Source: Eledone cirrhosa
Taxonomy: Eukaryota
Direction of reading: 5' to 3'
DNA length: 64,000 bases
Assembly: GCA_964016885.1 (NCBI GenBank)
Contig: OZ024745.1
Span: forward strand, 119,784,001-119,848,000
The notes beneath the pieces are model-generated. The model had not been told where the DNA came from. It made no database searches and was given only the letters and a program-made list of their open reading frames with translations. How positions within the stretch are numbered: the first letter of the stretch is position 1; each line of letters begins with the position of its first letter. Shown in pieces: positions 56,818 to 64,000 of the stretch. The position numbers and the translations under genes were made by a program.

Positions 56818-58736
56818 ATATTTATAATCAATCTAGTTTTCTTCATAACGCTGATGGTTTATGTTTCAATCGCCAATCGTCTATTCATAAGGAAAAATTA
56901 ATCAAAATTCACTGCCTCGCAGAAACGTGTTACGCTAAAATATTTTATACTTGATATAAATCAATGGTTTTGCAAAACAGTTAATTTCTATTTAAATTAA
57001 CTGTAGTACAAAACTAAAGTTTAGTCTATCGACTCTCATTGGGTGAAATCTAAAGAGAATACCGACGAGGTTTTAATATACAGAGATATATACCTAACCA
57101 CCCTTTGGTATTGTGCTGATTTTACACAAAAGTCTGATATCTGTTGTTATAGGTTTGTATACTCCAAGTAGGGACCGACACATATGTTCTAGTGTCTTGT
57201 TAACCATTAAAAGACCGTCTCGGATAGATAATAAAATATGTGAACCAAGTGCACCCTCTTCTTTCAATGCACAGTTGTAGATATTTTAATCTCTCGCTAT
57301 TTCTCTAGAGATTTGCATGAACATCCAAAATTCCTATTTTCTCCACATTTAATTTACAGAATAAACCAATAACTACAGCCTATCTGCAGCTCCCAATTAC
57401 AGACAATTGATTTTTCAACTGTATTGCGTCCTAATGACATTTATACTGTATTTTATATCACGTGGAAAAGTAACACAATTATTTAAAATACGTTTTGAAT
57501 GTATTGGTTCTTACGTAAATCAATGCGTCATCTTAGATATAGCGTCCAGGCAATGTATTTATACATTGATTTTAAAAGTCACTCAAATTTGACGCTTCAT
57601 TTTGCCATTTTAAAGTATCACCTATAATATATATTAATTCCTTAACTCAATAAATATCTAAATACAATAGATTATAAAGTGTCGAATGTTCGAATGTTTA
57701 CCTTAATTGATTACAGCAGTGATGGAACTAACCTTTTAGTCTGTTGAAGATATCTTTCAACTCTAATAAAAATGAAAAACCGACAGCAGCTCTGAAGGAA
57801 ATGTTGAACTAGTGACTGTCATCAAAAGAGTTCTCTTCAACATCCTTGAAATATTTTACAATGGTAATATCAAATCAGGATTGTGATTTCAATTATAATG
57901 AACATTAGTATTGATTCATTTATTATATAAGAAATAATAAAATTTTAGTTTCAGTATTCAATGATATTGTTATATTGTTACCTAGATTGAAAACACTGCA
58001 ATACAATGAGGAAACAAGAGTTTTCTTTTTTCGCTTTGAATCGAATATTTGCCAGTAGTATAAGAGTAAAAGTTGAAGTGACGTATGTACTAACGACGAT
58101 ATTCTGTTAGTATAAAATGATTCTGGCATTGGAGTATCTCTGGGAGAAAGTTTGAATTACGTAAATTCTGGTTTGACAAATGTAGTTAAAATAATTTAGT
58201 AATTGAAATATGTTGCTGGTGTTCAAAAGACTCTGATACTATGATGCTTAAGAAAGTCTAAAATTGGCCAAATTATGTTTTCCAATTGCGGTCTGGATAT
58301 TTTAGTTACATTTCCAAATAATTATAAATATTAGTAACTTGTCTGTTGAATGCTGAAGGGTAATGCGAAAAATAGTTATATGATTGTAATGATCATGTAC
58401 GTTTGTCTTAACTTGTTCAATAACAGCTAATTAGAATAATATACGTGTTCAAAATATCATAACGGTATTAGTCAGGAAACAACGATCTATTTTGGTCTTA
58501 TTCTGGCTGGAATATTGATGAATTAATCACTTCTTAATTATATCGGATTGTATGTTTTTAAGTGTAGGAGAATACAACTGGTTAGAGAAAAAACTACTTC
58601 ATTGATGACATTGTCATGAAATACTGCGGTGAAATTATTTGTAATCATAATATAATAAAGGGAGAGGTGCGGGACTGCGCCCTGAATATTTTTGTTTACC
58701 CCGTTTGTCAAATAAGTTGGATTACTTTGAATAAAT

Positions 58737-58825
58737 AATTGTTTCTACTTTAGGCACAAGGCCAGCAATTAACCAGTGCATTACTGGTACTTTATTTTAT
58801 CGACCCTGTAAGGATGAAAGGCAAA
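58737..58825 (-). mobile_element. 5'-truncated tRNA SINE
   Basis: 3' half of the SINE in reverse orientation. Confidence 0.8.
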
Positions 58826-59948
58826 TAATGAATGAATATTACATAATTTATGTACTAAATTTCGTAACTCGTGATTAAATATAAATAATTATATATAATG
58901 ATTTTTAATTCATTTCTTTTAAAATGTTCAAATGTTAATACTTCCGGTTATGATATAATGGACGCTATATCACATCGCTAATTTTCTCCTTTTTCGTTTT
59001 CATAAAATTTCATCGTAATGCAGTTTATATATAATATCATCTTTTTTTAATGTATCATGGATTACTTTACTGATTACAGAAGAGAGTGTAACACAGTCTC
59101 TCTTCAGTTTCTGTGCATATTTTCAATTACGACTTTATTTGATGTATGATATCTACATGCATATATATTTGCGTATAATATACATGCTATCACACTACAC
59201 ATGCTAGCAGAAAACATTCGATGGGTGGTTTTCCTGCTAGTATATTTAATAAAGGAATTTCTTAAAACCTCTTATTAGATTCAAATAAAAATATAGGCAA
59301 ACGAAAGCACAAATGGCATAAATGATGGCTCATGTTATTACGTCATTGTCCGCGAAATACCTCGGATATATTTTCGTTTAAATTTGACCAAAGTACAATC
59401 ATACAGAACATATTGAATAAGTGAACAATAAACATACAATTTCTCTATGTAGATGGCATTTTCCGAACTATTCAATCACTAAACAATGACAATAAATTGT
59501 CTGCATACAAGAATAACCAGTGCACTAACAGACTTTTGAAAGTCTTTTATCACATACAGATCACGGAACACTAGTGCCAATTACTGTTTCACGTATCTTC
59601 TTCAAGTTTTATTGTTTCTCTTTAAAATATGTCTAATTGCCAACATGTTAACACGGTTTCTATGTGATATACATCACGTATCTGTTAATTAGTTAATTAA
59701 CTAATTAATTCTTTCATTCTTTCAAGTATCAGTTATTTCTTATCTGTATTTAATATGTTTTTGTTTAAGTATTATTTACAATGTTCACTCACCGTTAAAC
59801 ACATTAAATTCGGCTCAACAACTGGGAACAACGTAATTAAACCAAAACAAAAAGAGGACATAAGAATGATAAATTTAACTTTTCACATACACACACACAC
59901 ACACACGGACAGACACACACGCATATATATATATATATATTTTTTTTA

Positions 59949-60090
59949 ATTTAATATAGAAATGGCTTCTACAAGATTAGAACTGTTTCATTCGGGAGAA
60001 ATCATCAGGAATTTCTACATTTAACGTAGAAGCAGTTTCTATATTAAATATTTATACTCTGCTATGAGTTGAGTACCTTACTTAGATATA
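59949..60090 (-). mobile_element. Fold-back mini-element with HHR (59967-60011, minus strand)
   Basis: TTC-CTGATGA-tttctcccgaat-GAAAC-AG-ttctaatc-TT-GTA-GAA; inverted arms 59949-59972 and 60026-60049. Confidence 0.8.
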
Positions 60091-60780
60091 AGTAACAGTG
60101 TTTGTCAGTGTTGAACAAACGAGCAACGATGCTTGCTAGACACTACGGCTTAATACGGGATGTTTGTTTACAAACACACCGAGCATTAAAATAAATGTTC
60201 GGTGAATCCATACGTACATATATATGTGTGTGCATGTATGTATATCTATATACATACTACTGTACGTCTGTATACATATATGTATGTACGTGTACATACT
60301 TATATTTAAGTAACAGCCGTACTAAGAGTGGGAAATGAAATTTCGTATCATTTTTTCCGTTTATCGTTTTCGGTGCACCCGGCCGATTAACCCACTCGAT
60401 ATGCAAATTGGGTTACTCAGCCGTTAATATGCATAAGGTAAGTATATACGTTCAACAATCTGGCAGGAGGGTATACGTTGCTGACGATCGCTAATAAGCT
60501 TGAAACTAGTACAGCGTTCCTTTGTCAGTGTTGAACAAACGAGTAGCGATTGTTGCTAGACACTACGGCTTAATACGGGATGTTTGTTTACAAACACACC
60601 GAGCATTATAATAAATGTTCGGTGAATCCATATGTACATATATATATGTGTGCATGTATGTATATATATATACATACTACTGTACGTCTGTATACATATA
60701 TGTATGTACGTGTACATACTTATATTTAAGTAACAGCCGTACTAAGAGTGGGAAATGAAATTTCGTTTCATTTTTTTCCG
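60091..60780 (+). mobile_element. Retrozyme-like ~1.6x tandem of a 420-bp unit
   Basis: 60101-60358 is repeated at 60521-60780 (offset 420 at the start); an HHR lies at the unit junction. Confidence 0.75.
60476..60516 (+). ncRNA. Minimal type I hammerhead ribozyme
   Basis: CGTTG-CTGACGA-tcGCTaataAGCtt-GAAAC-TA-GTA-CAGCG. Confidence 0.8.
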
Positions 60781-60784
60781 CAAT

Positions 60785-60940
60785 GATCCAGTGCATTACT
60801 GGTACTTTATTTTATCGACTCCGTAAGGATGAAAGGCAAAGATTACTTCGGCGGGATTTGAACTCAGATCATAAAGGGACGTAACTCTATGCTTCAAAGC
60901 ATGGTGTACGACTCTCTACCGATACTGCCAATCCACCGCT
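60785..60940 (-). mobile_element. tRNA SINE
   Basis: Reverse copy of the family that truncates the tandem repeat. Confidence 0.85.
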
Positions 60941-60969
60941 CCAAATTATGACGTATTATCTTCGTGTTT

Positions 60970-61250
60970 TTTTTCCTTTGTTAGCCAGGTAACGTTCCCA
61001 CGAACCAACGTATCGTCTACCTGTCTTCCTTCGGTTGCAACGTTTTTCGAAATATTTACTTCTGCGTTCACAGATTGATTTTTTTTAGTTTCAGAAGATC
61101 CCGTTAAGGGTGAAAGCAGCGATTCTTTGCTTAAACTTTAATCTGTTATTTTAATAAATATTTGCTCTACGGTTCTTATATATTTGATATATATTTATCC
61201 TTATCGAGCCCTCTTTCGATTTTAGTCTTCAAATTTATTATTATTACTAT
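60970..61250 (+). repeat. Inverted copy of the PLE 3' end at 61740-62020 (pLTR-like)
   Basis: About 280-bp reverse-complement match, including the decayed HHR CAGAAGA-TCCC-gttaa-GGG-(T/C)GAAA. Confidence 0.9.
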
Positions 61251-61271
61251 ATATATATATATATATATATA

Positions 61272-61732
61272 TGTCGTTTCTGAATTTGTTTAGCAAGATT
61301 CTTTATCTGAAAACGTGTTTTTAAACCGATATGTTATGCTTGGGGGGGGGGGGGGGGGGGTCATGTTGCCAATAAGAAACACACGCACCAGATGCTTTCA
61401 CTACAATTTATTATAAAAACACACACAGAAACCCGTATGTAACCAATGCGCAAACTAAGCACAAAACACACACAAAAACAAGATGGCGTAGGACAGAACA
61501 AAGGAGAGGCACAAAACAAAGAAAAGAATCCCCAGTCGCTGAAGAGGTCACAGAATGTGTGACGAAAGAACTTTGACAATATATGAACAACCTTCCGGTT
61601 ATGGAACCAACCAACCAACCGGAAATTTATAAATTCTTAAATTTATAAATTTAATTGATAAGAAATTGGAGTGAAAGCAGCTGGTGCGTGTGTTTATTAT
61701 TGGCAACATGACCCTCCCAAAGCATAACAATA
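61272..61732 (+). mobile_element. Longest copy of the 'GGGAGGGTCATG' fold-back family, HHR at 61535-61577
   Basis: Inverted arms at ~61330-61415 and ~61665-61732; GTCG-CTGAAGA-G-GTCACA..TGTGAC-GAAAG-AA-CTT-TGAC. Confidence 0.85.
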
Positions 61733-61739
61733 TATATAT

Positions 61740-63415
61740 ATAGTAATAATAATAAATTTAAAGACTAAAATCCAAGAGGGCTCGATAAGGATAAATATAT
61801 ATCAAATATATAAGAACCGTAGAACAAATATTTATTAAAATAACAGATTCAAGTTTAAGCAAAGAATCGCTGCTTTCGCCCTTAACGGGATCTTCTGAAA
61901 CTAAAAAAAATCAATCTGTGAAGGCAGAAGTAAATATTTCGAAAAACGTTGCAACCGAAGGAAAACAGGAAGACGATACTTTGGTTCCTGGAAACGTTCC
62001 CTGGCAAAGATAGAAAAAAAAAGAAGATTTGGAGCGGTGAGAAAACTCAAAGAAAAAACCACGTTTATGGTATAACTGAAGTTGTAGACTAAAATTCTAT
62101 TTAAGAAACCGAATGATTCTCGGCTTCAGAGTTAAGAATAATGTAAATAAATTACAGAGGTTATTGTAATCAACAATAATTAAATATATACATGCACGCA
62201 TCCACATACGTAGATACACATGCATACGCGAAAACACCCGCCATGGGTATGCAAATACAGGCACATGCGCATAGACACGTGCACACATACAAAAACCCAC
62301 GCAACGCCTGTACCTGCACACATACGAACGTATACACCAAATGCACATAAAACATATAAAAAATATATATATATATGGGTGTGCATGTGTGCGCGTATAC
62401 ATATAATTATATAAACATATATAAATATACACACATAAATACGCATATAACGCGCGCACACACATACCTACATGTAAATACACATATGTTCGCTAAACGT
62501 ACGTCAACCAAAACACAAAGTACATATATACACAAACCCTACATACGTGAAAACGCGCAAACACACACAAACGCAAAACTCACGTATACAGATAACCATA
62601 TACACATGCACCCGTATATATGATATATTATATACGCCTATAACAAATACAAGAAAATATACGTACCTTCACAAAACATACAGGTAATATATACTTACCT
62701 ATACAAATAAGTAATGGTATAAACATAACATATACTTAGCTACCACATCAAGACGTAAATTATCCGCGTATAGTACGTACTATCCGTTAGGGTATAATGT
62801 GGGGATGTAATGCAGGAAGGTTTTGTGCAATTTATGTTTACAAGCCGAAATTGCCTCAAATATTTTGTTTAAGATGTGGTCATTGGCGTAGAGTATTTCA
62901 AGGGCGTCAGCGGCGCAGAGGTCACATGGTCTTTTATTTCCGTTATATGATCTAGCTTTAGCTAGGATCTCCCAGTGTAACCTATATTGGGTGTGGTTGC
63001 CTTTTAGACTCCAGATATAAGCTGAAAGTGACGTCATACTCCTTCTTAAAGGGTTAAGAAAAGAAAGGGTATGCATATAAAGACGCTGCTTGAATCTATT
63101 GGCGGTTAAGCCTATGTAGGCACTATGTTACTAGAGAGGCATTTCCCGGATAGGGGGCAGTCAGTCAGCCCGATTCCTACAATTACAGTTAGTACTACCT
63201 ACAGGGTTGCACGTGCTCCTACGGCTAGGTAATTTAGCTAAATTTGAAGCAGTGGTATTATGTGCAAGTTTAGGAGTTGTTGAGTAAGATATTTTAATGG
63301 TATTTCTATTAACAATTTTATTATATTTATGTGCCGGGGGGAAATGCTTCATAATAAGGGAGAGAAAGATCTTAGCTAATGTTGTGGCCACCTCAATATT
63401 ATATGGTGGGTTAAC
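61740..63415 (-). mobile_element. Penelope-like element (Naiad-like), 5'-truncated
   Basis: NPPYNIEVATTLAKIF..KHFPPAHKYNKIVNRNTIKISYS, CNCRNRAD/CPLSGKCL, YIGLTANRFKQR, TSLSAYIWSLK, WEILAKARSY..CDLC, SACKHK; ~1-kb 3' UTR ending in (TA)n. Confidence 0.9.
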
Positions 63416-63589
63416 ATTGCCGTTTTATCCAATTCGACATTAATAATTACCACTCCTTCTTAGAGCTATCAATGTCGCTAAACCGCTCACGGTGGTTAAA
63501 GATTTCGAAGTTAATGTCATCCTGAATTCATTTTGTGTGTGTTTGAGTGTTCGGATATCAGAGAGTCATACTACGCAGTGCCACTACTT

Positions 63590-63716
63590 TTCTGAATTGA
63601 GAGACCACAGCTCCAATACTACGGGCATGGGGTTAGAATGTCTCAGGAAAAAATCGCTGGACCGATTATACGGGCATGAGAGCCAAAGGTGGACCTCGAA
63701 CAAGATGGTTGGCTAG
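63590..63716 (+). mobile_element. RTE LINE C-terminal fragment
   Basis: IERPQLQYYGHGVRMSQEKIAG..GGPRTRWL, homologous to 23963-24245. Confidence 0.6.
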
Positions 63717-63749
63717 AATCTATACATCTATAAGCTGTTGTTCTCGCTT

Positions 63750-64000
63750 GGGCGGAGGAGAAGCAGGAGGAGGAGGAGGAGGAGAAGAAGAAGATCCAGT
63801 AGTTTACTAGTGTGTATTATCGAAGTTGAAACATTGAAGAAGAAGGAGCAGGAGGAGGAGGAGGGGGTGAATAATAATAATAAGAAGAAGAAGGGGGAAA
63901 TAATAATAATAATAATAATATGAAGAAGAAGAAGAAGAATGATGAGGGGAGAGGGGGAGGGGCGGTGGAGAAGAAGAAGAAAAAGAGGAGGAGAGGGAGA
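63750..64000. repeat. Purine-rich low-complexity (GGA/GAA/TAA)n
   Basis: Direct inspection. Confidence 0.9.

Noticed and set aside
61278-61300. GAATTTGTTTAGCAAG resembling the U7 snRNA Sm site
   Set aside because: It lies in a repeat tail and varies among copies, with no U7 hairpin or antisense region.
63155-63170. TGA near the Cys cluster as a possible selenocysteine codon (known in some Naiad PLEs)
   Set aside because: It arises from a 4-bp GACT duplication. Removing the duplication gives D-C-P-L with TGC; the other PLE relics use TGY, and no SECIS was recognised.

Overview
AT-rich, repeat-saturated eukaryotic DNA, probably from an octopod cephalopod (inferred from the SINE families and the (TA)n/(CA)n/(GA)n density). 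I can support no intact host gene; most long ORFs in the track are microsatellite translations. The window is a nest of transposon relics: about 20 copies of one tRNA-derived SINE, three CORE-type SINEs, CRE, R4/Dong, RTE and Ingi-like LINE fragments, a Helitron RepHel relic, a non-autonomous Helitron and three hAT MITEs. It also holds at least five 3' ends of Penelope-like elements (PLEs, GIY-YIG, Naiad-like) sitting in (TA)n tracts. The main signal is more than a dozen minimal type I hammerhead ribozyme (HHR) motifs. Many lie in non-coding fold-back mini-elements (an inverted copy of the 3' tail joined to HHR plus tail), and in several of these the junction maps to the HHR cleavage triplet. 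One HHR punctuates a retrozyme-like 420-bp tandem repeat. Natural core variants occur (U3-A8, CCGANGA, long stem-II insertions). All RNA structures were read by eye and none was computed.
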